A stretch of DNA of 64,000 nucleotides, from assembly GCA_038147085.1 (NCBI GenBank), contig JAYQSV010000001.1, positions 711,214-775,213 of the forward strand, written 5' to 3'. The DNA is from Candidatus Actinomarina sp. (lineage in GTDB: Bacteria; Actinomycetota; Acidimicrobiia; Actinomarinales; Actinomarinaceae). The position numbers and the translations under genes were made by a program. The stretch's first letter is position 1, and each line of letters opens with the position of its first letter. Under the pieces are notes generated by a model, which saw only the letters and a list, made by a program, of their open reading frames with translations, did not search any database and was not told the origin of the DNA. Positions 48,105 to 56,910 of the stretch are shown here, piece after piece.

Positions 48105-48106
48105 GT

Positions 48107-48811
48107 TTAATTAATAATATTAATAATTTCAGAATATGAGGATATTAATGGGTTGTGTGATTCATTTTTCAAAATATGTAAATTTGAATTTTTGATCAAT
48201 TTTTCTGCTTTTTTTGCTATCTCAACAGAAACTTCTTTATCATTTTCTCCCCAAATAAGCTCGGTATTAATATTTAAAGAACTTAATACTGGCTCTAAAT
48301 TATCATTAACTGCTTTAACTAGAACATCACGCATAATCCCTGAAGAATTTTTATAATCAATAGATCCCTGTTTCTTTTTGATTTTTTCTATAAAATTTTC
48401 AGAAATTAAACCAAGGTTAAAGAGAAATTTATAGACTTTAAATATTGAAAAACTATTTTTTTGATTATTGGATTTAATCAAAGGTACACCTATGAGAACT
48501 AACTTTTTAAAATCTCTAATTTCCGTAAGATATAAAGCTATTCTTCCACCAAATGAATGTCCAACAATTACTTCTACTGAATTTGGCATAATTTTTTCTA
48601 AATAAATTGCATATTCTTTCGGTGTGAAGCTAGTTTCTGGCTCTAAAGACTTACCAAACCCTGGTAAATCAATTGAAATTGAATCAAACTCATTAGCAAT
48701 TAAATTAAAATCACTAGAATCTCTTCCCCATCCATGTAAAAAGCATATTTTTGGTAACTCTGAATTAACATAAGCAAAAGTTTTATTATCATCTAAAAGT
48801 TTATATGGCAT
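48107..48811 (-). CDS. alpha/beta hydrolase (BioH/esterase-like)
   Basis: FLHGWGRDSSDF, DLPGFGKS, and nucleophile elbow GHSFGG. Confidence 0.8.
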   Translation of the reverse strand: MPYKLLDDNKTFAYVNSELPKICFLHGWGRDSSDFNLIANEFDSISIDLPGFGKSLEPETSFTPKEYAIYLEKIMPNSVEVIVGHSFGGRIALYLTEIRDFKKLVLIGVPLIKSNNQKNSFSIFKVYKFLFNLGLISENFIEKIKKKQGSIDYKNSSGIMRDVLVKAVNDNLEPVLSSLNINTELIWGENDKEVSVEIAKKAEKLIKNSNLHILKNESHNPLISSYSEIINIIN

Positions 48812-49180
48812 CTAAAAACCTAATCCAAATGTTTGATAAGTTCTTATTTCCATACCCATTAAAAAGAAAAAAGCAAAAGACCAGTAAGGGTAAAAATTCA
48901 TTTTCATATCATTTCTATAAATATATAAAAAAGTCAAAATGAACAAATTAATCATATTGTAAAACATAAATAATGATCCTAAATTTGGATTTTGAGCAAA
49001 AATAAATACTGTATATAAAACTTGAATCAATATAGAACCTGTAGAAACATATACGATAAAGTTAGAAATTGTTTCTTTAATTAAAAATAGTTTAAATTTT
49101 ACAAGCATAAATAATACTCCAGCAATCGCATTTATGTAAATTGAGGTAACAATAGTCAATTTGAAGTAAGAATCTTCCAT
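48812..49180 (-). CDS. small polytopic membrane protein (about 4 TM), unknown function
   Basis: 122 aa, strongly hydrophobic. Its stop codon abuts the start of the hydrolase gene with no spacer. Confidence 0.6.
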   Translation of the reverse strand: MEDSYFKLTIVTSIYINAIAGVLFMLVKFKLFLIKETISNFIVYVSTGSILIQVLYTVFIFAQNPNLGSLFMFYNMINLFILTFLYIYRNDMKMNFYPYWSFAFFFLMGMEIRTYQTFGLGF

Positions 49181-49238
49181 AGGTTTATATTAGTGTCAAT
49201 ATAATTGAGTATTATCTATTAATCAGTTACAGTGGTGA

Positions 49239-50504
49239 ATGATGGAGAAATTACTAACTAATCTTATTACAGATAATGTGCCTAAAGCATGGTTTAGTAC
49301 TTTAGATAATTTTATTATCAAAGGAAAAAATGCTGAAGTGTGGGACAGTAAAGATAACAGATACTTAGATTTTGTTGGAGGTTATGCAGTTCTAAATACT
49401 GGGCATTTGCATGATAAAGTTGTTAAAAAAGTAGAAGATCAATTAAAAAGCTTCTCTCACTCCTGTTTTGCATTTGCTCCTCATGAAAACGCTGTTCTTT
49501 TAGCTGAACAACTAAATACTCGATACCCTATCTCTACACAAACCAAAACATTTTTAGTTAATAGTGGTGCTGAAGCAATTGAGAATGCAATTAAAATTTC
49601 GCGTTACTTTACAGAAAGAAAACATGTTATTTCATTTCAAGGTGGCTTTCATGGAAGAACTTATCTAGCAATGGGCCTTACTGGGAAAGATAAACCTTAC
49701 AAAGAGGGATTTGGTCCATTTCCAGAATTTGTTCACCATGCAATTTATCCATACAACTATAGAGATGTAACTGATGAAATGGCTTTAGAAAGTGTTAACA
49801 AAATTCTTAATGAGACTGTCGATCCAAGAGATACGGCAGCAATTTTGGTTGAAATTGAAATTGGTGAAGGTGGATATATTCCTGCATCAAAATATTTTTT
49901 AAATGAGTTAAGGAAAATTTGTGATAAGCATGGTATTTTACTTATTTTCGATGAAGTTCAAACAGGCTATGGTAGAACTGGAAAAATGTTTGGAGCAGAA
50001 ATAGTTGATGTAGAGCCTGACTTAGTAACATTAGCAAAAGGTATTGCTGGTGGATTTCCTTTAGCAGCTGTTGTAGGAAAAAGTGAGATTATGGACTCAA
50101 TTCATGATGCTGGAATTGGAAGCACCTTTGGTGCGTCGCCAATTTCTTGTGCAGCTGCACTAGGAGTGTTAGAAGCTTTTGATAGTGAAGATATATTGAC
50201 TAATTCTCAGCAACAAGCCATTTTAATGAATAATTATTTAAATGATCTAAAAGACAAGTACGAGTTTATTGGGGATGTTAGAGGTTATGGGCCGATGATT
50301 GGTGTTGAATTTGTTGAAGATAGAGTAAAGAAAATTCCTGACAAGAATCTAGTAAATAAAATATTATTGAAATCAAGAGAGAATGGTTTATTACTTGTTA
50401 GCTGTGGAAGGGATGGGAATGTTATTAGGTTTATGGGACCATTAACTACCCCACTTGAACAAGTAAACGAAGCTTTAAATATTTTTGAAAATTCTTTAAT
50501 CTAG
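49239..50504 (+). CDS. class III PLP aminotransferase (4-aminobutyrate/omega-amino acid type)
   Basis: FVGGYAVLNTGH, NSGAEAIE, FDEVQTGYGRTGKMF, and PLP-Lys context TLAKGIAGG. Confidence 0.88.
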   Translation: MMEKLLTNLITDNVPKAWFSTLDNFIIKGKNAEVWDSKDNRYLDFVGGYAVLNTGHLHDKVVKKVEDQLKSFSHSCFAFAPHENAVLLAEQLNTRYPISTQTKTFLVNSGAEAIENAIKISRYFTERKHVISFQGGFHGRTYLAMGLTGKDKPYKEGFGPFPEFVHHAIYPYNYRDVTDEMALESVNKILNETVDPRDTAAILVEIEIGEGGYIPASKYFLNELRKICDKHGILLIFDEVQTGYGRTGKMFGAEIVDVEPDLVTLAKGIAGGFPLAAVVGKSEIMDSIHDAGIGSTFGASPISCAAALGVLEAFDSEDILTNSQQQAILMNNYLNDLKDKYEFIGDVRGYGPMIGVEFVEDRVKKIPDKNLVNKILLKSRENGLLLVSCGRDGNVIRFMGPLTTPLEQVNEALNIFENSLI

Positions 50505-51577
50505 TTTTTTTCTACATGAGTTAATTCATGAAGTTTATTCAAAACATCTGAATCTTTAATTGGTGAGTGTGGAGCTTTCATTAGCCAAGCTGAAACTAAA
50601 TCAAGCGACTCTAAATCGTTTCTATCTTTAAAGAACTTCATATATCTTACTGCATCAATTGTTACCCCAGCGCTGTTTGGAGAATCCCAAACTTCAAGTT
50701 GAACTTCAATATTTAGTGGAGCACCACCAAATGCAGAACCTTCTAATCTTATAAAGGCTTTTTTTCTATCTTCTAACCATTTAACATAGTCAGAAGGTCC
50801 GATACGAACATGATCTGCATCAATTCCTTTACCTTTGTTAGCCACTGATGTAACTGAAGAAGTCTTACTACTTCTTTTAGTTTCTAATCTATCTTCTTCT
50901 AACATATTAAGAAAATCCATATTTCCACCAACGTTAAGTTGATAGGTATTTTTAAGCTGTACTCCTCTATCAGAGAAAAGTTGAGCTAAAACCCTATGAA
51001 CTATGGTTGCACCAACTTGACTTTTGATATCATCTCCAATAAGTGGTACATTGTTTTCTTTAAATTTTTTATACCAGACTTGATCTCTAGCTATGTAAAC
51101 AGGAATACAGTTGATGAAACCAACATTAGTGTTTATTGCGCTTTGAGCATAATATTTTACGGCTTCATCAGAACCTACTGGTAAAAGATTTATTAAAATT
51201 TCTGCACCTGAATTTTTTAAAGAAGATTCAAAATCAGTTGAGTCAGGTACAGCTTTAATTATATCTTTTACAAATTTTCCAATTCCATCATTTACAACAC
51301 CTGGCTCAACTATTACACCAGTCTTTGGTACCTCTGAAAACTTTAGAGTATTGTTAGGTTCTGCAAATATTGCCTCACTCAAATCTTTGCCAACTTTTGA
51401 ACTGTTGATGTCATAAGCTGCTACAACTTCAATATCAGAAACTTTATAGCCACCAATAACATCTGAAATTAATCCATCTTCTGTATTTGAATTTGAGTAA
51501 TATTGAATTCCTTGCACAAATGAACTTGCGCAATTTCCTACTCCAAGTATTGCAACTTTGATTTTTTGATCAGCCAT
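50501..51577 (-). CDS. ino1: myo-inositol-1-phosphate synthase
   Basis: KVAILGVGNCASSFVQGIQYY Rossmann N-terminus, 358 aa actinobacterial/archaeal type. Confidence 0.88.
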   Translation of the reverse strand: MADQKIKVAILGVGNCASSFVQGIQYYSNSNTEDGLISDVIGGYKVSDIEVVAAYDINSSKVGKDLSEAIFAEPNNTLKFSEVPKTGVIVEPGVVNDGIGKFVKDIIKAVPDSTDFESSLKNSGAEILINLLPVGSDEAVKYYAQSAINTNVGFINCIPVYIARDQVWYKKFKENNVPLIGDDIKSQVGATIVHRVLAQLFSDRGVQLKNTYQLNVGGNMDFLNMLEEDRLETKRSSKTSSVTSVANKGKGIDADHVRIGPSDYVKWLEDRKKAFIRLEGSAFGGAPLNIEVQLEVWDSPNSAGVTIDAVRYMKFFKDRNDLESLDLVSAWLMKAPHSPIKDSDVLNKLHELTHVEKN

Positions 51578-51781
51578 CAGTATTACTTTAGCAACCTCTC
51601 AGACTATAAAAATAAAACAAAACTAGTTAAATAAATAATTAAACCAACTGAAAGAGTTATATAATATTCCAACTAAGAAATAAAGTACGAAAGTTAAGAT
51701 TCCAATTATTTGTAATACTTTTAAAAACTTGGTCACACCTCTATTTTACATTTTTTTAAATTAAGAAGTTATAGTTGTTAT

Positions 51782-52765
51782 ATGATAAAAAATTTATCGC
51801 CTTCTAGAGCATCTCAGTTTAAAACTTGTCCAAAGCAATTTAAATATGCCAATGTTGATAAAATTCTAGAACCTACAAATGAAGTACAAGCTAAAGGTAC
51901 GACTGTTCATCAAGCATTAGAAGATTTATTCGATTTACCAAGTGATGAAAGAACAACTGAGAAACTTCATAATTTATTCAGAGAAGCTTGGACAAAAGTT
52001 AGAGGAAACGATGAACATCATAATTTATTTTCAAGTATTGATGAAGAAAGGGACTGGGGTCTTGAAGGTCTTAAGCTACTAAATAACTATATGACACTTG
52101 AGGACCCGCGATCATTTGAACCAGTTGAAAGAGAGCGTTGGGTTAGAGGAACTATAGAAGATTTAAACTTAAGAGGAATTCTTGATCGTATGGATAGAAA
52201 TGAAAGTGGTGAATTAATAATTGTTGACTACAAAAGCGGTAAATCCCCTTTAGCAAAATATAAAGAACCACGTTTCTTTGCATTAAAATTGTATGCTTTA
52301 TTAATTAAAGAAGAAACTGGCGAAATGCCTGTAGAACTGAAACTTATATATTTGCAAAATTCTACGATTCACACTTTAAAAGTTGATAATGAAATTCTTG
52401 AACAAGCTAAACAAGAAATTCTAGAAGTTTGGAATAATATTAAAATTGCATTTCAGAATAATGATTTTCCACCTATAAAAAATGCATTATGTGACTGGTG
52501 TTATTACAAGCCAATTTGTCCTATTTATAATCCTGATGCCCCTGATACTTCAAAATTACAAGAGATCAATGATCGAATTGAAGCTATGGAACAAGAAATA
52601 GAAGCTTACGAGTTAATTTCTACTCCAGATGAAATTCCAAGTGATTCACCAATAGCAAATACCAACGTCAAAGAATTGGAAGAAAATATTTCAAATTTGA
52701 ATAGTCAGAAAGAAGAAATCTTAGAAAATATAGAAAAACTTTTAAGGGAAAAGACCTCTAGTTAG
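51782..52765 (+). CDS. PD-(D/E)XK nuclease with Cas4/AddB-like 4-Cys cluster and acidic coiled-coil tail
   Basis: N-terminal Cys (FKTCPKQF), GILDRMD....IVDYKSGK nuclease core, CDWCYYKPICP (C-x2-C-x5-C), then a 70-aa E/D-rich heptad tail. Confidence 0.8.
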   Translation: MIKNLSPSRASQFKTCPKQFKYANVDKILEPTNEVQAKGTTVHQALEDLFDLPSDERTTEKLHNLFREAWTKVRGNDEHHNLFSSIDEERDWGLEGLKLLNNYMTLEDPRSFEPVERERWVRGTIEDLNLRGILDRMDRNESGELIIVDYKSGKSPLAKYKEPRFFALKLYALLIKEETGEMPVELKLIYLQNSTIHTLKVDNEILEQAKQEILEVWNNIKIAFQNNDFPPIKNALCDWCYYKPICPIYNPDAPDTSKLQEINDRIEAMEQEIEAYELISTPDEIPSDSPIANTNVKELEENISNLNSQKEEILENIEKLLREKTSS

Positions 52766-54010
52766 TTTAGCTGCTGCTACTCTTTTTACTCCTTTTATTA
52801 AAGCAGCTGTTCTTAAATCACAATTTTGTTTTTCTGAAATAGTCCAAATCTCTTCGAATGCAGTGAGCATAACATCTATAAGTTTTTCATATAATTCGGC
52901 TTCTTTCCATAAGTAATTTTGTGTATTTTGGACCCACTCAAAATAGCTCGCAGTAATACCACCTGCATTAGCTAAAATATCTGGAATTATTAGAACGCCG
53001 TTGTCTCTTAAAATTTTGTCTGCATTAACAGTTGTTGGTGAATTTGCACCTTCTATTAATACCTTTGCTTTAATTTTTTGTGCATTACTTGAAGTTATTA
53101 CACCACCAACCGCCGCTGGAATTAAAATATCACAATCAACTTCCAATACACTTTCTTCAAGATGATCTGCACCTGGAAATCCATTTACAGATAGATTATG
53201 AGCTGTGTATTTAAATAGTTCTGGAATATTAATCCCATTTTCGTTAATAATTGAACCATTAATATCATTTACAGCAATAATTTTGGCACCCATTTCATAC
53301 GCAGCTAATGCAGCATACCTTCCTACATTACCGAAACCTTGAATAGCAACTTTTGAGTTTTGAATTTTTTTACCAATTTTTTCCATTGCTGCTACACCTA
53401 CAGCAACTGCTCCTCTACCTGTTGATTCCTTTCTTGTTACAGAGCCGCCTAATGAAGCTGGCTTACCAGTTACAATGCCTGGTGTTGCATAACCAACAAA
53501 ATTACTATATGTATCCATAATCCAAGCCATAGTTTGTTCATCGGTACCAAGATCAGGCGCAGGGATATCTTTATTAACACCTATAATAGGAATAAGTTCA
53601 GCTGTATACCTTCTTGTAACTCTCTGTTTTTCTGCCCTCGTTAAAGGGTTTGGATCAATTGCTACTCCGCCTTTAGCACCACCGTATGGCAAACCTACAA
53701 TTGCTGACTTCCAAGACATTAAAATTGCAAGTGCAGTAACTTCGCCTAAGTTAACATCTGGTGCATATCTAATACCACCTTTAGTAGGACCCATTGATAA
53801 TACATGTTGTACTCTATAGCCAACTACAGTTTCAACCTCATCATATTCATCACGTCGAAATGGAAATGTTACTACTAATGATCTTTGTGGAAGTTTAAGC
53901 CTTTCTCTGATATTAGGATCTAAGTCAATTAAATCAGCGACATTTTCGTATTGCTTGATCACCTCTTTATACATATCGGAATCAAAAAGATTGTTATCAA
54001 CTATCACCAT
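52742..54010 (-). CDS. gdhA: glutamate dehydrogenase (Glu/Leu/Phe/Val dehydrogenase family)
   Basis: GPTKGGIRY, LPYGGAKGGV, and GFGNVG Rossmann motif. Confidence 0.92.
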   Translation of the reverse strand: MVIVDNNLFDSDMYKEVIKQYENVADLIDLDPNIRERLKLPQRSLVVTFPFRRDEYDEVETVVGYRVQHVLSMGPTKGGIRYAPDVNLGEVTALAILMSWKSAIVGLPYGGAKGGVAIDPNPLTRAEKQRVTRRYTAELIPIIGVNKDIPAPDLGTDEQTMAWIMDTYSNFVGYATPGIVTGKPASLGGSVTRKESTGRGAVAVGVAAMEKIGKKIQNSKVAIQGFGNVGRYAALAAYEMGAKIIAVNDINGSIINENGINIPELFKYTAHNLSVNGFPGADHLEESVLEVDCDILIPAAVGGVITSSNAQKIKAKVLIEGANSPTTVNADKILRDNGVLIIPDILANAGGITASYFEWVQNTQNYLWKEAELYEKLIDVMLTAFEEIWTISEKQNCDLRTAALIKGVKRVAAAKLTRGLFP

Positions 54011-54088
54011 TCAATAATATCTGAATAAATACGAAGATTATTGTAAATTTTTAAAAATTTGTCACACACAATTTGTAACTTAATAATT

Positions 54089-54205
54089 ATGAAAGAAAAA
54101 GAAATATTAAAAAAATTAGAAGTAGCAGGGCTTTCAGCATACTTTATATGTGAAAACCATAGTGATAGCTGCAATTGTCATAAAATATATGATGAGGCAG
54201 CATAA
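54089..54205 (+). CDS. candidate 38-aa Cys/His-rich micro-ORF
   Basis: MKEKEILKKLEVAGLSAYFICENHSDSCNCHKIYDEAA ends 15 nt before the next gene. No obvious SD, so its status is uncertain. Confidence 0.2.
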   Translation: MKEKEILKKLEVAGLSAYFICENHSDSCNCHKIYDEAA

Positions 54206-54220
54206 ATTAAGGAGAATAAG

Positions 54221-54742
54221 TTGAAAGAACTAATATGGGAAATTGCAAAATCAGACGAAATCAATCTAGAAAATACAGAACTTAGTAATTTAATTGAACC
54301 AAAGGAACTATTTGTAGCAAGAGGTGTTTCAATTAATGCAAAAGATAGTACAACTAGAGTGAGTAAATTTGTTGATAATAAATTTGCAATTGATGTTCAA
54401 GAAAAAGGATCGATCAAAATATCAAATTCAGTTTTCACTTATTCAAAAGGTTACAAATCAAAAACAATCGATATTAAAAAATTAATTGATTGGGCAACAA
54501 ATAAGAAATTATCAGAAGATGAAATCGAGAATCTAGTTGCAATTTGTGGTGAAACATTTGTACCAAAGTTAAGAGGTTTAGATGCTGTTGCTAAAAAAAA
54601 GGGAATGGATCAACATCTAGCTAGAGATACTTTTATTGAAAAAGTTTGGGATGAAAATCCAAAATTACAAGTTATTGATACTAATAATTCAACTGCACCT
54701 AAATGGGCTATTGAACTTGGAGAAATGGAGAGAAGAAAGTGA
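54221..54742 (+). CDS. hypothetical protein (173 aa), partner of the Rad52-like gene
   Basis: TTG start with AAGGAG 6 nt upstream; GTGA overlap with the next gene. I recognise no family with confidence. Confidence 0.6.
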   Translation: MKELIWEIAKSDEINLENTELSNLIEPKELFVARGVSINAKDSTTRVSKFVDNKFAIDVQEKGSIKISNSVFTYSKGYKSKTIDIKKLIDWATNKKLSEDEIENLVAICGETFVPKLRGLDAVAKKKGMDQHLARDTFIEKVWDENPKLQVIDTNNSTAPKWAIELGEMERRK

Positions 54743-55167
54743 AACAACTATATGAGCTATCTAGAAAATTTCCTAAAGAGTGGATAAAAAAAGCTCCTAA
54801 AGGAAAATTTGGAAACTACGTACCCCATTCAGTAATAACTCAGAGATTACTAGAAGTTTGTGGACCTTTTAACTGGGAGGTTGTTGAATTAATTAGACAA
54901 GAAAATACAGGAAAAGTAGTTGGTTGCTTTGGAAAATTAACTGTCGAAGTAGATGGAAAATTAGTTACAGTAACATCAATTGGGGATGTTGAACATGATC
55001 AAGGTTCAGATGGTTCTAATGCAAAACATGCTGAGTCTGATTCCTTCAAAAGATGTGCAATGAAATTAGGATTAGGTTTGCATTTGTGGGCAGGGGAAGA
55101 ATACTATTTGGACAAAAAATTAGAAAAAAAAAGTTATATTAAAAAAATAGATTTACAATCTGCTTAA
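54739..55167 (+). CDS. Rad52/Sak-like single-strand annealing protein
   Basis: GNYVPHSVITQRLLEVCGPFNWEV...GKLTVEVDGKLVTVTSIGDVEH....NAKHAESDSFKRCAMKLGLGLHLW fits the Rad52/Rad22-Sak pattern (Y-hydrophobic.., W, GD, A.SDA.KR.., GLG..LW). Confidence 0.55.
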   Translation: MKQLYELSRKFPKEWIKKAPKGKFGNYVPHSVITQRLLEVCGPFNWEVVELIRQENTGKVVGCFGKLTVEVDGKLVTVTSIGDVEHDQGSDGSNAKHAESDSFKRCAMKLGLGLHLWAGEEYYLDKKLEKKSYIKKIDLQSA

Positions 55168-55625
55168 TTTATTTCTTCTAATTTTCCATTTATTGAAGAT
55201 AAAATAAATGTTACTGGTCCGTCATTAACTAACCCAACTTGCATTGAAGCACCAAAGCTTCCATGTTTTGTAGTTATATCTTTTGAAAATTCATTAATAA
55301 TTTCGCTAATCATTTTGTTAGCTTCGTTTGGATTTTTTGCTTTAATAAATGAAGGTCGGTTACCTTTTGTATAACTCGCTGCTAGAGTGAATTGACTTAC
55401 TACTAAAATTTCTCCTCCTACATCGAGTATTGATTTATTCATTTTTCCATCATTATCTGAAAATATTCTTAGGTTCAAAATTTTTTTTATCAATGCTTTA
55501 TAGTCTTCAGTTGTATCATCTTCCTCGATACCCCAGAAAATTAAATAACCTCTATTAATTTCAGAAATAATTTTATTATCAACTTCAACAAATGCATTTT
55601 TCACTCTCTGTAAAACTACTTTCAT
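55164..55625 (-). CDS. dtd: D-aminoacyl-tRNA deacylase
   Basis: MKVVLQRV, SQFTLAA, and GNRPSF motifs. Confidence 0.93.
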   Translation of the reverse strand: MKVVLQRVKNAFVEVDNKIISEINRGYLIFWGIEEDDTTEDYKALIKKILNLRIFSDNDGKMNKSILDVGGEILVVSQFTLAASYTKGNRPSFIKAKNPNEANKMISEIINEFSKDITTKHGSFGASMQVGLVNDGPVTFILSSINGKLEEIN

Positions 55626-55642
55626 AAACTATAATTTAACAC

Positions 55643-56053
55643 ATGAAACTAGACAACAAAACAATACTTATGGCAGGTGGACCAAATTATTGTGCGTTTA
55701 CGACTTTGTTTAAAAATGGCACACCTCAAACTCATGTGATGTGGGTTGATACAGATGGACAAAACATTTTGATTAATACTGAAATACACAGAATAAAGTA
55801 CAAGAATACAAAACTAGACTCAAGAGTCACAGTTATGATTTGGAAACACGATAACCCATTTAAATTTGTTGAAATCAGGGGAAAAATAATTGATGAAATA
55901 AGAGGCTCAGAAGCAAGAGCAAATATAGATAAGTTATCAGAAAAATATTGGAGTAAGCCATATCCTTTTGAAATTCAAACAGAAAGAGTAGTTTTAGTCA
56001 TTAAACCAGAAAAAGAAGTTCAGTTTAATCTAAAAGATGATGATTTTAATTAG
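55643..56053 (+). CDS. PPOX-class (pyridoxamine 5'-phosphate oxidase-like) probable F420-dependent enzyme
   Basis: 136 aa split-barrel pattern: ...NYCAFTTLFKNGTPQTHVMWVD..ILINT....K.KN...D.RVTVMIW......FVEIRGK. Confidence 0.7.
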   Translation: MKLDNKTILMAGGPNYCAFTTLFKNGTPQTHVMWVDTDGQNILINTEIHRIKYKNTKLDSRVTVMIWKHDNPFKFVEIRGKIIDEIRGSEARANIDKLSEKYWSKPYPFEIQTERVVLVIKPEKEVQFNLKDDDFN

Positions 56054-56910
56054 TCTTTCTTGTAGTCATAAAAACCTTTACCTGTCTTAACACCTAACTC
56101 ACCTTTCTTAACTTTTTCTTCAATAAAAGTTTTAGGTCTGTCTTCATCATTCTGTGTTTCATTATATTGTTTTAATTTTGAATAATAGTAAATATCTAAA
56201 CCTGAATAATCTGACAATTCAAATGGACCAAGTGGATGATTCAAACCTTTTTTAATTGCAATATCGATATCCTCAAAATCTGCAATTCCTTCATCATAAA
56301 GTTCATATGCCTCATCAATAAGTGCGGATAACATTCTATTTACTATAAATCCAGGTGTTTCTTTTTTTAACACAACTACTGTTCTTCCCATATTTTTACT
56401 AACTTCGACAGTTCTTTCTAAAATTTCTTTTGAGAAATTAGATGGATATGAAATTTCAATTAAATCCATTCTTAATGGTGGATAGAAGAAATGCATATTA
56501 ATAAATCTCTCGGGATTATCACAATCAATTGATAATTCTGAAGCAGGTAAAAAAGAGCTGTTTGATGCTATAACTACTGATTTATCTAATTTTTTAGAAA
56601 TATTTTTAAAAATCTCATTTTTAACTTCATATTTTTCTACCACAGCTTCTATTACGAAAGTAGTTTCGTTTAAAGAATCTTCTATGTTTTCTACAATTTG
56701 TAAATTTTTCTGAAAAGAATCATATTGTTCTTTGGAAAATTTGTCTTTAGAAACCAAATTTTTAATATTTTGATCTGAAAATTTTATTTTATTTTTTAGG
56801 TTTTCTACATCGCTGTCAAAAATTGTTGTTTCATATCCAGCAATTGCTGATAAAGCTGCTATTTGGCTTCCCATTTGCCCACCACCAATTACAAATATTT
56901 TTTCTTTCAT
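56050..56910 (-). CDS. 3-hydroxyacyl-CoA dehydrogenase
   Basis: IFVIGGGQMGSQIA NAD fold and a C-terminal HCDH domain (GFIVNR, GPFELSD). Confidence 0.9.
   Translation of the reverse strand: MKEKIFVIGGGQMGSQIAALSAIAGYETTIFDSDVENLKNKIKFSDQNIKNLVSKDKFSKEQYDSFQKNLQIVENIEDSLNETTFVIEAVVEKYEVKNEIFKNISKKLDKSVVIASNSSFLPASELSIDCDNPERFINMHFFYPPLRMDLIEISYPSNFSKEILERTVEVSKNMGRTVVVLKKETPGFIVNRMLSALIDEAYELYDEGIADFEDIDIAIKKGLNHPLGPFELSDYSGLDIYYYSKLKQYNETQNDEDRPKTFIEEKVKKGELGVKTGKGFYDYKKD

Noticed and set aside
51623-51736. 37-aa hydrophobic minus-strand ORF (GTG start, VTKFLKVLQIIGILTFVLYFLVGILYNSFSWFNYLFN) in the 204-nt ino1 upstream gap.
   Set aside because: The only start is a GTG with the GAGG-like sequence immediately adjacent (spacing about 1 nt), and there is no ATG. 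AT-rich spacers easily yield F/I/L/Y-rich ORFs of this size. It is worth a conservation check but is not supported.
54045-54060. Perfect 16-nt palindrome AAATTTTTAAAAATTT and nearby ATTTGTCAC / ATTTGTAAC repeats upstream of the Rad52-like cassette, as a possible operator.
   Set aside because: A pure A/T palindrome in an AT-rich spacer is expected by chance, and there is no second copy elsewhere in the window.
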